In this document: piece by piece, positions 26,601 through 39,990 of the stretch
How the letters are laid out: each line of letters starts with the position of its first letter
How positions within the stretch are numbered: the stretch's first letter is position 1
Assembly (NCBI RefSeq): GCF_963921235.1
Contig: NC_086118.1
Coordinates: forward strand, 16,246,001-16,310,000
Direction: 5' to 3'
Source: Mobula hypostoma
Lineage: Eukaryota
DNA length: 64,000 nt
Notes under the pieces: model-generated
The model's input: the letters and a program-made list of their open reading frames with translations, nothing else
The model's database searches: none
What the model was told of the DNA's origin: nothing
Translations under genes and position numbers: made by a program

Positions 26601-28817
26601 AAAATTCACAAAACTGACTTCTGGTCTATGTCAACGAACCTAAGGCAATTCATTTCCTGTGTTCTCACAACCCAAAGCTGGAGAAACCAAATAAGACAGC
26701 CACTATCCCTGTAGTTTCAATCCTGCCATAGAATATATGGGACACACTTGGGAAATAAAATCAGGCAAGTACATTGAAGCTCTTCACTGTTTGAACATTC
26801 TTTCGATACATGAACAGCAGGCGAGCAGAGAAATATGGGAGGAAACATTTAAACATACAGAAATAGATAATTCAAACAAATAATTTTGTACAGAAAGTTG
26901 TTTTTGGCCTTAACGTGCTCAATTTTCCTGCAATATTTTACTCAAGTTTCAGCATTTTGCCAAAAACTGCAATCACTACAGATTTTATGGCTCAGAACTA
27001 CAGCCTTCCTTACAAAGTTAATTCATTTTGATAATAAAGCAACTTAGTTGATAGTGATTAAAAAAATGTAACTTTATACAAGTCCCAGTCAGAGGACAAT
27101 TTATTAGTTACATCATAGTAGAGAGTTAGAAAGGTTAAGTGTCATGAACAGAGAAAATATTGGAGTAACACCACCAAAATACCAGAGGTCATTTTAACTT
27201 CCCATTGGAATACAAGGAATAACTACCATTCATGAAACTGCATTTAACCCACTCATTGTCCTCATCAGCTTCTGCAAATCCAATCAGTTCTTAGGGACAA
27301 TGGATTCAAATATTTGTGCTTATAACATCCAGTACCTGCTTTTTAAAAACCCAATGTAAGCACATATGCAGCATGTGAAACAACAGATCATATGAACACA
27401 ACTCTCAAGGTAATAGCATAATAAGCCTCCCCCATGATTACTGACTTCAATCTACATACTGTTTTTCTTAAATTTACTAATACTTTCCTCCATGTGAGAG
27501 AATGCACAAAGCAAAATTAAACAGACAAATTAAGAGCTGGAAACAATTCTTGTGTGGGAAGTGCTTCTTCAAGCACTGATGCCCTTGTTCAATTTAGTTA
27601 CAATTGGAAAGGGAATTCAATCAATAGGAAGCAACTGTTGTACTAAGGAAACTCAAGTACAATTCAATTCAACATCTCTAGAAAGACAAGCCTGTCAGAA
27701 AAATTAGAAAAATTGCTAAATAAAATTTCATTACATATGTCGGAAGTATACAACTTAGCAATAGGGTGAGCAACAAAACAGGCTGCTTTTAAAAAAAATA
27801 ATGCCCATGTTAAATGTAGGTTTACTCAATGGACATTTATCCAGATTAGGAAAACACAATTTGGTTATGTAAAATCTAATAAAATTAATAAAGTTAATGT
27901 GTCAACGATACTAGTACGCATCAAGTGTGTGCTCAAGAAAGTGTATGACTTAAATTTTTGCTCACCCCATTGAAAAGGTTTTGGTGCTTTTTTCATCCCC
28001 AATTATTTCACATACTCCTGCTGTCTACCAACTTTGGATTGTCAGCTACAAGTTGAAAATTATTACAGACTTAAAACTGAATTAAAATAACTTGTTTTAA
28101 AGTGATCAAAACACTAAAACATTGATTCTGTCTATCCTTAAAGGTGTTATCCAACCTGTTGTGTGTTTGCATGATGTTATTTCTATTTCCAGCCAGAATT
28201 AAATGTTTCATCATTTCAAGACTGATGATTTACACCCTCAGAAATGACTGAGACTGATGTTAAGCACCCAAAATGTGTGTAACTATCTTTCAGCCAATGC
28301 ATTGCATGGGTAAAATTACAACTTTTACTGGGAGGCTTTGCTGCCACAGACCAAGGGCAAGGGAAATTCATTGAAGCTATTTTGGTGAAAGGAGAGGGAG
28401 GTAGGGAGGCGAGGGAGATGGGGATGCACCAGGACAGAGTCAGGGTACAAACGATAGCAATTGAGAAAACTGGATGTCAGAAAGATCATACAAACAGAAT
28501 CACTGGGACTTTACAGCCATATTCGCATACGCTAAATCTATGCCACATGCCGAGATCTCCAACTATTTGACTGTTTTGCCATGGCATTGGGATCTTGCTG
28601 TCTAGGTTGTGTTTCTGGAGCTGCTGTGCAACAGTTATCCCATGTTAAAAGGTACCTAACAATCTTCATAACCAGACTAAAAGTAAGTCATCCCCAAGGT
28701 GAAAGGTGTTCTAAAGGCCTGGAGCTACTTTTCTTCTCCCTGCCCCCCCCCCCCAGCATACCCCGCAATCTCCCACTCTCATTTCAATCTCATGTAAATT
28801 GTAAACAATTCCTTTTA

Positions 28818-28903
28818 ACAACACACATAAAAATTGTTGGTGAACACAGCAGGCCAGGCAGCATCTATAGGAAGAGCTACAGTCGACGTTTCGGGCCGAG
28901 ACT
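28818..28903 (-). mobile_element. 86 bp pLTR-tip insertion
   Basis: pLTR tip sequence flanked by aacaattcctttta (28804-17) / aacaatttctttta (28904-17). Confidence 0.75.
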
Positions 28904-31900
28904 AACAATTTCTTTTACATGTTTCTCAAAAGGTCTTGGAACTTGAATGCTGCTGGGACAACGCATAAGAGAACTACATTGCCACGGACTTTGCATACAC
29001 AATATCTGGCCAAGGTATCACTGTATTGCTACAATCTTCTCTCTTCAGGCACCATGCATTTTGTTAGTTCTTTATATTCAGTTCTCCAACTAAATCTCTG
29101 TCTCTCAACAATGTATTCTGAAGATTCAAAGGTAGAATCAAATTGATGCAGGTTTTTAGGTGTTGATGCTGAATGAACTACATGCAAATTTTGTGTGGAG
29201 AAATAACTGTCATATGTCTACATCAGCTGCATGAACTAACATTAGATTAAAATGCGCCTTTCAAATCAAGCCAAATTAACAATATTCTGCAAATGAACTC
29301 AGGATTAGTGAAATTTACACAGGAAAAGGCAAAAACTGAGTAACAGAACTATTTAAACAAAACAAAAGTATACGAGTACCAGCTGATAAATTAGCATATT
29401 CCAAGAATGCATTTGGAATTACCATACAGACTGAAGAATTAATATAGAACATGCTTCAATGCATCCTTGCATCCTATCCAGCCTATCAGAATTTCATCTT
29501 ATGCAAATGTGGTACTGTGTACTCTGGAAGATTGACTTGGTTTCCAATCAGAAGCAGTTATAAAAAGTTTTAAAAGTGAGCTTCAAGCATCAAACATGTA
29601 GGATGAATAGATGGATTTTGTAAGCGGATACTGAAAACTGAAAAAAGGCCAATACAGCAGACTGGCAATATCCACTGCTGTTATCAAGTTCTAAACTGGC
29701 AAAGCCAATTGTTAATTTACGTTCTCAAAGTCCAACCAGTAAGCAGATATGCACCGGACAAAGTAAACAGATAACTGACTCTTTATAATGGCTCTAAAAC
29801 ATTGCCTCCATAAGTGTATTCATTACACAATACTAACTGACTACTACAGATGAGAAAAAATGCAGGTGAACAATTTCAACAAATTAAATTTTGCCAAACA
29901 ACCTGCACTGCAAAAACAGTATCAGAAAAAGTGGAATGAAAATTACTAAATTACTATAGAATACACTGCCCTTTGTTCATTTGATACTATTATGCTGAAT
30001 AGCACTGTGTGCAATGATATTGCACTTTACCCAGACTTCTGAGTTTTGCCATAGCATGAGGCCCAAAATGAATCACTGGCCCAGATTTTGCCAATGAATC
30101 ACTAAGTCCAAGGCATCTACATCATGATAGTCAAACAAGTCGGTTGTAAACAGGAACCCTACCTGTCAAGGGCTGCAACCTGCCAACATTTCTTAGTCCG
30201 GAAAAATAACTAGGCCTTAGATATTATGGCTCAGGAATTACATCCTCACCAATTTCAACATGCAGGGAAGAGCTGAGCAAATTCCCTTATTAAAAATATG
30301 ATGTATAATATTCATAATTATTTGGACCTCCAAGTATTTTAGCTGAGTTAAACAAATCCTTTCACTTGTTTGTTAAAAGCTAAACCTTTATGACTTATCC
30401 TGCTGGTAAAACTGGGTCCAGTGCTTTTCCAGCAGTCAAACTTGGCATAATGGAAGTTGTGGTAAGGCAAGCATTAAGAGACAACATTCGGCTAAGGTTA
30501 GCCTGGGGCAGATATAGTCAAATGAAATGTTTTAAGTGAAACCGCTGGAGCCCCCACTGCTTACTACAGATGGAATAGGCGGGTTGTGACTGAATAAGCG
30601 AGTGTGCACTCAAGCCAGAAGAGCAAGGTCATTGTAGTGAGACTTCTCCAGAAAGATCTTCCTAAAACATAGCATGCTTTTACACAACAGGTGGTGCCGG
30701 AGACAAATGACAGATAATGGAAGGACATGAAACCAATCCAACAACTAAAGAACAATTGTTTTACAAACTTCAAAATAGCATTAGTTAACTTGAAGTTTTG
30801 ATTGACTCTTAATACCACTGTGAATGACAAATGATTTTGCAAGTAAAGAGTTCAAACAAATACCATTTTCCAAATAGTCAATAGCTGTAAGCCAATTTTG
30901 TATGAAAATAGCAGCTTTCTGTCTGGCTTCAGAATAGTGGGGATGACAGGGGCCATGCTGTTCTTCTTGCGCACAAGTAAAATAAAAAGAATGTTTAGTC
31001 ACAAGCATGTGCATGTTCTGGACACAGTTATTTTAGTTATATTTTGTTATATTACCCGTGATGACAACATCTTGAAGAAAGGTCTTCTACAATGCAGCTT
31101 TGAAGGCCTCATCGTCACTTTTGCTACAACATAGTGGTCTAGAAAGTTTCCATCCAGCAAGTGGGACACATCCGCAGCAGGTTAATTACAGACATAAGGT
31201 CAATATAAACAATTCCAAATCCACTACATCAACCTCTCTCTGAGGCAACTAAAACAAGCATGGCAGTTGGGACATTCATATTTTGGTTGCCTGCTCATAA
31301 CACCAAGGACATCAGCAGCAAATAGGCAATAAGAATGGTGCTCCAGTTACTACACTTAAATCTGCATTGACTACAGCTGAATGTGAAGAATCTGAATGTA
31401 ACCTTGCATGCAAAATTACTGCAAAGCAGCTGAAGTTATTTTTATTAACTTTATTTCAAAATGAAAACAATTTCAAATACTAGAACTCTTGAAGACATTT
31501 ACAATCTCCAAAGATTATTGAATTCTTGTTTCCCTATCCATACATGCTGCTCAATTTACCGTTTTGTTTACTAACCTTTAATAATATCTGATTCTAAAAA
31601 ATTGCATGCCTTTAGAAGATAACATTTTTCCAAATTATATCCTCAGATAGCGTATAACATGCAAACAGAAATACATAGTATAAATTACATTAAATAAGCA
31701 AAAGGAGAATAACATATCATTCATCTTTTTTGGTTTCATTACACAGCAATACTTCATCAATGTTAATGAATCAAGCAATTCTACGGGACTCCAATTAACA
31801 TGGCAATTTTTTGTTGATTTCAGTGGCACCTCATTTTCAGATTAAGAATATTTTCTGAGGGTACTATGCTAAATTACATTCAATTTTCAAGTTATGTTGA

Positions 31901-33249
31901 CTTTAGAAAACATTCTTTATTACCATCCTCCTTGAAAAAAGTTGAAAATACACTTGATTATTATTCTCGAGATAAATCTTAATCTTGCAAACAATCAAGT
32001 CAGACCCATTTCTACACTAGTCAGTTACCTTCATGTATTTTCATGGGGTATAAAAGACATCTTCATAACATGCAACTAGTTAAAATATTGCATGCGGTAA
32101 TGACCAGCAGCATCTTAGTCATTACCTACCAGAGCTGAAATCAATTGAAGCATCTATTGAGACAAATAAAGATGCAATTTCTATGAATATTAGCACAATT
32201 AGTTCAAGCCCCCACGCACAATTTACGAAGCAACTACAACCACCTGATTATTTTTCCATGTCAATTGTGCATTTAGTTACTTTAATACAATCACTTTACA
32301 AATTGTCTTCTCATCACAGCAGGATTTTAAGCCTTGCAACTGCAGTTTCTACATGTCATCAGAAATGCAAATATGTTGTGAATCTACACAAGATTGTTCA
32401 AACAAATCCATGTTCTAAGCACATAAAAACATCACAAAATATTTTTGCAAAATTCCACTGTCCAAAGATTTTTACCCATATTTCAGTATTCATGGACATT
32501 AAATGTATGTACAATACAAAGTTAAACCTTCCAATCTGTTCCACTTGTATTGCAAAAGGTCAACTCAAGGAAGAATTCCTGAACATTGCAAGCATGAACA
32601 ATCCTTTGTATTGAAAACCTTACAGTACAAATATTAATACAAATACATAATGGACAATAATTCAACTTGAGACAATAATAAATTCCCAACTAGCAAAACA
32701 AAACTACTTTGATGGAATCTCTCAGCTTTTCAAACTCATATGATAATTGGAAAGAGTCAATCCTGGTGATATGTCAATAGCTGTCAGCTGAACCACAAGA
32801 TGGAGCACCTTCCTGTGGCATAAAACTACTTTAAAAATTTATCAGTAATTAAACCCATTAACGTTCACTATCTACAAATAGTGTACCCTTGAGTTGTCAA
32901 TTGCAATGTAAAAATAAAGGGGAGGCAAATCTGGTTAAATAATTAGTACAAGGGAAAAACCCAATTAACAATTCAAAAACAATATCTATAAATATCATTA
33001 AACACTGAAAAGATCTGATGCTGCAGATTCCACAGAATCATTAGAGCCCAAAAAAATTTCTATTCACATTTTGGATTTTGATTTACCCAGAATTTATGGT
33101 TTAAGGCGGCAGATAGGATACAAGTTTTCATTAGTCAGGACACTGAATACTTAAGTAGGAAGGTTATGCTCCAACTTTATAAAACCTTTTGCAGTTCTGG
33201 TCAATAAGGTATCAGAAGGATTTGACAACATTGAAGAGGTCCTGTACAA

Positions 33250-36200
33250 AGCACTTGAATCACAGGGGGACCAATATCCTGTTGGGGAGATTTGCGAGGG
33301 CTACTGAGGTGACTTTAAACTAGAATGGTTGAGGGGAGGGAATCAAATTAAGGAGACTAGGAGAGGGGAGGTTGATGTAGGGGAAAAAGCAGAAGATAAC
33401 AAAGTTGTTCGCTCAATTAAGGATAAACAGAGAGTGGGAGGTGGAGAGTTTCTTAAATGCATCTATTTTAATGCTAGCAGCATTGGAAGAAAGGTGGATG
33501 AGCTCAGAGCATGGATTGATACCTGGAAATATGATGTTGTAGCTATTAGTGAAACGTGGTTGCAGGAGTGGTGTGATTGGCAACTAAATATTCCAGGATT
33601 TCATTGCTTCAGGTGTGATAGAATAGGAGAGGCAAGAGGGGGAGGTGTTGCATTGCTTGTCAGAGATTATATAACAGCAGTGCTCTGGCAGGATAGATTA
33701 GTGGACTCGTCTACAGAGGTTATTTGGGTGGAATTGAGGAATAGGAAAGGTGTTGTGACACTTATAGGGGTGTAGTATAGACTACCTAATGGGGACCGAG
33801 AACTGGAGGAGCAAATTTGTAAGGAGATAGCAGATATTTCTAGTAAGCACAAGGTTGTGATTGTGGGAGATTTTAATTTTCTACACATAGACTGGGAAGC
33901 CCATTCTGTAAAAGGGATGGATGGTTTGGAGTTTGTAAAATGTGTGCAGGATAGTTTTTTGAAGCAATACATAGAGGTACCAACTAGAGAAGGGGCAATG
34001 TTGGATCTCCTGTTAGGGAATGAGACATGGCAGGTGATGGAGGTATTTGTTGGGGAGCACTTCTGGTCCAGTAATCACAATACAACTAGTTTCAGTGTAA
34101 TTATGGAGAAGGATAGGACTGGACCTAGGATTGAGATTTTTGATTGGAGAAAGGCTAACTCTGAGGAGACGCGAAAAGATTTAGAAGGAGTGGATTGGAA
34201 AAGTTTGTTTTATGGGAAGGATGTAACAGAGAAATGGAGGTCAATTGAAGGTGAAATTTTGAGGGTTCAGAATCTTTATGTTCCTGTTAGGTTGAAAGGA
34301 AAGGTTAAAAGTTTGAGAGAGCCATGGTTTTCAAGAGATATTAGAAACTTGGTTCAGAAAAAGAGAGGGATCTTCAATAAATATAGGTAGCTTGGAGTTA
34401 ATGAGATACTCGAGGAATATAAAGAATGTAAAAAGAATCTTAAGAAAGAAATTAGAAAAGGCTGCTTTGGCAAGTAAGGTGAAAATAAATCCAAAGTGTT
34501 TCTACAGTTATGTTAGTGGCAAAAGGAAAGTGAGAGATAAAATTGGTCCCTTGGAGAATCACAGTGGACAGCTATGTGCGGAGCCAAAAGAGATGGGGGA
34601 GATTTTGAACAATTTCTTTTCTTCAGTATTCACTAAGGAGAAGGATATTGAATTGTGTAAGGTAAAGGAAACAAGTAGGGTAGTTATGAAAAATATGACA
34701 ATTAAAGTAGTAGTAGTACTGGCACCTTTAAGGAATATAAAAGTGGACAAGTCTCCGGGTCCGGGCAAGATATTCCCTAGGACCTTGAGGGAAGTTAGTG
34801 CAGAAATAGCAGGGGCTCTGACAGAAATATTTCAAATGTCATTAGAAACGGGAATGGTGCCGGAGGATTGGCGTATTGCTCATGTGGTTCCATTGTTTAA
34901 AAAGGGTTCTAAGAGTAAACCTGGCAATTATCGGCCTGTGAGTTTGATGTCAGTGGTGGGTAAATTAATGGAAAGTATTCTTAGAGATGGTATATATAAT
35001 TTTCTGGATAGACAGGGTCTGATTAGGAACAGTCAACATGGATTTGTGCATGGAAGGTCATGTTTGACAAATCATTGAATTTTTTGATGAGGTTACTAAG
35101 AAAGTTGACGAGGGTAAAACAGTGGATGTTGTCTATATGGACTTCAGTAAGGCCTTTGACAAGGTTCCACACGGAAGATTAGTTAGGAAGGTTCAATCGT
35201 TAGGCATTAATATGGAAGTAGTAAAATGGATTCAGCAGTGGCTAGATGGGAGACGCCAGAGAATAGTGGTGGATAACTGTATGTCAGACTGGAGGACAGT
35301 GTCTAGTGGTGTGCCTCAGGGATCTGTACTGGGTCCAATGTTATTTGTAATATATATTAATGATCTGGATGATGGGGTGGTAAATTGGATTAGTAAGTAT
35401 GCAGATGATACTAAGATAGGTGGTGTTGTGGATGATGAGGTAGGTTTTCAAAACTTGCGGAAAGATTTAGGACAGTTAGAAGAGTGGGCTGAAAGATGGC
35501 AGATGGAGTTTAATGCTGAAAAATGTGACGTGCTACATTTTGGTAGAACTAATCAAAATAGGACATACATGGTACATGGTAGGGCATTAAAGAATGCTTT
35601 AGAACAGAGGGATCTAGGAATAATGGTGCATAGTTCCCTGAAGATGGAATCTCATGTGGATAGGGTGGTGAAGAAAGCTTTTGGTATGCTGGCCTTTATT
35701 AATCAGAGCATTGAGTATAGGAGTTGGGATGTAACGTTGAATTTGTATAAGGCATTGGTAAGGCCAAATCTGGAGTATTGTGTACAGTCAACACACATCA
35801 AAGTTGCTGGTTGAACGCAGCAGGCCAAGCAGCATCTATAGGAAGAGGCGCAGTCGACGTTTCAGGCCGAGACCCTTTGTCAGGACTAACTTTGTGTACA
35901 GTTCTGGTCACCGAATTATAGGAAAGATGTCAATAAAATTGAGAGAGTACAGAGGAGGTTTACTAAAATGTTGTCTGGGTTTCATCTCCTAAGTTACAGA
36001 GAAAGGTTGAACAAGTTAGGTCTTTATTCTTTGGAGTGTAGAAGGTTGAGGGGGCACTTGATAGAGGTGTTTAAAATTATGAGGGGGATTGATAGAGTTG
36101 ACGTGGTTAGACTTTTTCCATTGAGAGTGGGGAAGATTCAAACAAGAGGACATGGGTTGAGAATTAGAGGACAAAAGTTTAGGGGTAACATGAGGGAGAA

Positions 36201-36430
36201 GTTCTTTACTCAGACAGTGGTAGCAGTGTGGAATGAGCTTCCAGCAGAAGTGATCGAGGCAGGTTCTATGTTGTCTTTTAAAGTTAAATTGGATAGACAT
36301 ATGGACAGGAAAGGAATGGAGGGTTATGGGCTGAGTGCAGGTCGGTGGGACTAGGATAGGGTAAGAGTTTGGCACGGACTAGAAGGGCCGAGATGGCCTG
36401 TTTCCGTGCTGTAATGGTTATATGGTTATT
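33250..36430 (+). mobile_element. CR1 LINE: end of ORF1 plus near-complete but disrupted ORF2 (APE endonuclease + RT)
   Basis: [47 protein letters not shown] and KYADDTK in consecutive broken ORFs (33329-36354). Confidence 0.95.
35789..35891 (-). mobile_element. 103 bp pLTR-tip insertion with hammerhead motif, inside CR1 ORF2
   Basis: Perfect 11 bp TSD ttgtgtacagt (35778-88 / 35892-902) splitting the CR1 [10 protein letters not shown] motif. Confidence 0.9.
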
Positions 36431-37104
36431 ATTAAAGCTATTTTTTAAAACTGCAAATGACTTAAAATCACAGTCCTCCCTTGCCATGGCAGTACTTCAA
36501 ATCTAATACTGCATAAATTTTGTCAGGTTTCCAATTTTTTTCTGCACACAAATGTGAGTACAGATGTAGAAACACAAGGTATTGATATTACAAGTACCAT
36601 GAGGAAAAGTGTGATGTTTCAATGCAACTGTATTTCCAGCTCTCAGAAAACACAAGGTTATGCTCCAACTTTATTGACTTAATTATTTCAAATCAAAATT
36701 GGAACAAAGAACTCATAGGAACACACTTAACTCAAGGAGATGTATAATTTTAAAATAAAGTGAAATGATAATTTAGACTCTCAGTATCATTGGATCAACA
36801 CTTAATGTTAATTAAATCAAATGAGAACACGTTTTCTCCTATCTTGGTGATAGCATGGGAGATCTGATGAACTGAAATCAAAACAATTATCAACTGCACA
36901 AGTTCAATTAAATTACCAGATTATCATTTGTTTTTATAGCTTGATGCAAAGTGACAAAGCACATTTGCAAATGCCAACTGGTAGTTTTTTTGAACAAAAA
37001 ATCTATTTACTAGCATTGGCCTCAATGTGAGGATGATGTTTTTTTGATTCTTCTACTGCCTTCAATACCATACAGCCGACATTGCTGAAGAAAAGCTCCA
37101 TTCA

Positions 37105-38162
37105 ACGCGGGCTGACACTTCCACTGTATCCTGGATAACGGACTACCTAAATGGCAGACCACAGTTTGTGTGGCTTCAGAGCTGTGTGTCAGACATGGCC
37201 GCAAGCAGCACTGAGGCCCCACAGGGGACTGTACTGGCACCCTTCCTGTTTACTCTGTATACCTCAGACTTTAGAAACAACACTGGGTCATGTGTCTACA
37301 GAAATTCTGATGACTCAACAATAGTTGGGTGTACAAAGACAGGACAGGAGGGTGAATATAGGGCCTTGTTGGAGGACTTTGTTGAATGGTGCAAGCTGAA
37401 TCATCTGCAGCTCAACATCAGTAAGACAAAGAAGATAGTGTTGGACTTTAGGAAGATTAAGCCTGCACTGCTCTCTGTTACTATTGATGGTGAGGACGTG
37501 GATGTGGTGAGAACCTACAAGTATCTGGGAGTGCACTTGGATGACAGACTTTGTGGAGCACCAACATAGAGGCTGTGTACAAGAAGGGCAAGAGTCACCT
37601 CTACTTCCTGAGGAGATTGAGGCTCTTTGGAGTATGCAGGTCTCTCCTTCACGTTTTACCAGTCTGTTGTCACCAGTACAATCTTCTAAGCAGTGATGTA
37701 CTGGGGCAATGGCATCAACATGAGTGATGAAAACAGGCTCAATACACCGATCTGAAAAACTGGCTCTGTTATAGGAGTCAAACTGGACATACTGGAGATT
37801 GTGGTAGAACAAAGGACCCACTGGAAAATCCTGGCAATTCTGGACAACGTTTCTCACCCCCTGCATGCCACCTTGGCTGATCAGAGGAGCACTTTTAGTA
37901 ATAGGCTAAGACAACTGCACTGCTCCAAAAAGCACTATATGAAGTCATTCTTACCCTCGGCCATCAGGCTCTATAATGAGGCAACCTATAGCTGGGGAGT
38001 GATCTTATAATCTTTGACATGTAAATCTTGTGCACCTTTTTTTAAGGCAACTTATTTGTATTCTTTCTTAATTCTCCTCTAATATTTGTATATCTGTGCA
38101 CTTGTAATGCTACTGTGAATTGTAATTTCCTTTGAGATCAGTAAAGTATCTATATATCTATC
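37105..38162 (+). mobile_element. Rex1/Babar-type LINE 3' half
   Basis: STEAPQGTVLAPFLFTLYTSDF, LQLNISKTK, YKYLGVHLD; degenerate (TATC)n tail. Confidence 0.85.
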
Positions 38163-38582
38163 AAATTAGAAAACAATTCTTCAAATGTTCAGTTTGTGGC
38201 CAAGTCCACTTTCATACTAAATTCTCTAATCTCAGTATGGGCCAGGATGACAATTAATCTCAGTGGGCCTAGTTGGTGATATAGAATTCTGCAAAAGCTG
38301 GAAAGACATCCATGGAAGACAAGCTTGAGGAGATTCTGGTTTACTCATTATATCCTAATCAACAAAGTAACCTGCCTGCAATTCAAAATACATCATACCT
38401 TACAAATGACCGCCTAGGTGAAATTCTGTGTAATTGTTAATACCTACTGAATCTTGCCAAAGCTAAATTCTGTTCCTCTGTGTGACAGAAGATTTTTTTT
38501 TAAACTTATGGTCTTAATCACTATGAATACTAGAATACTATTTAAAATCAGCAATTTGAGTGCATATTTCTCAATCCACATA

Positions 38583-39990
38583 CAGTGGCATGCAAAAGTT
38601 TGGGCACCCGGGTCAAAATTTCTGTTACTGTGAATAGTTAAGTGAGTAGAAGATGAACTGATCTCCAAAAGTCATAAAGTTAAAGATGAAACATTCTTTT
38701 CAACATTTTAAGCAAGATTAGTGTATTATTTTTGTTTTGTACGATTTTAGAGTGAAGAAAAGGAAAAGAGCACCATGCAAAAGTTTGGGCACCCCAAGAG
38801 ATTTGAGCTCTCAGATAACTTTTACCAAGGTCTCAGACCTTAATTAGCTTGTTAGGGCTATGGCTTGTGCAGAATCATCATTAGGAAAGGCCAAGTGATG
38901 CAAATTTCAAAGCTTTATAAATACCCTGACTCCTCAAACCTTGTCCCAACAATCAGCAGCCATTGGCTCCTCTAAGAAGCTGCCTCGCACTCTGAAAATT
39001 AAAATAAATGATGCCCACAAAGCAGAAGGCTCTAAGAAGATAGCAAAGCATTTACAGGTAGCCGTTTCCTTCGTTTGTAATGCAATTAAGAAATGTCAGT
39101 TAACAGGCACGGTGCAGGTTGTTGGGGTCTGGAAGACCAAGAAAACTTTCCAAGAGAACTGCTCGTAGGATTGATAGAATGGCAAATCAAAACCCCCATT
39201 TGACTGCAAAAGACCTTCAGGAAGATTCAGCAGATTCTGGAGTGGTGGTGCACTGTTCTACTGTGTAGCGACACCTGCACAAATAATGACCTTCATGGAA
39301 GAGTCATCAGAAGAAAACCTTTCCTGCGTCCTCACCACAAAATTCAGCGTCAGAAGTTTGTAAAGGAACATCTAAACAAGCCTGATGCATTTTGGAAACA
39401 AGTCCTGTGGACTGTGAACTTTTTGGCTGCAATGAGCAAAGGTATGTTTGGAGAAAAAAGGGTGCAGAATTTCATAAAAAGAACACCTCTCCAACTGTTA
39501 AGCACGGGGGTGGATTGATCATGCTTTGGGCTTGTGTTGCAGCCAGTGGCAAAAGGAACATTTCACTGGTAGAGGGAAGAATGAATTCAATTTTAAATAT
39601 CAGCAAATTCTGGAAGCAAACGTCACACCATCTGTAAAAAAAAAGCTGAAGATGAAAAGAGGATGGCTTCTACAACAGGATAATGATCCTAAACACACTT
39701 CAAAATCCACAATGGACTACCTCAAGAGGCGCAAGCTGAAGGTTTTGCCATGGTCCTCAGTCCCCCGACCTAAACATCATCGAAAATCTGTGGATAGTCC
39801 TCAAAAGAGCATTGAATGCAAGACTGCCCAAGAATCTCTCTGAACTAGAAGCCTTTTGCAAGGAAGAATGGGCAAAAATCCCCCAAACAAGAATTGAAAG
39901 ACTCTTAGCTGGCTACAGAAAGCTTTTACAAGCTGTGATACTTGCCACAGAAATTTTGACCAGGGATGCCCAAACTTTTGCATGCTATTG
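38583..39990 (+). mobile_element. Tc1-family DNA transposon with decayed transposase
   Basis: ~43 bp TIRs (CAGTGGCATGCAAAAGTTTGGGCACCC...) with TA at 38581-82 and 39991-92; motifs PTVKHGGGLIMLWAC, LQQDNDPKHTSKST, LEAFCKEEWAKIP; frameshifted. Confidence 0.92.

Noticed and set aside
32183..32614. 143 aa ORF in unique AT-rich sequence
   Set aside because: No recognisable motif, antisense to the host gene, and composition matches intronic background.
33329..36354. Active autonomous CR1
   Set aside because: Several stops and frameshifts, a 103 bp insertion, and most of ORF1 missing.
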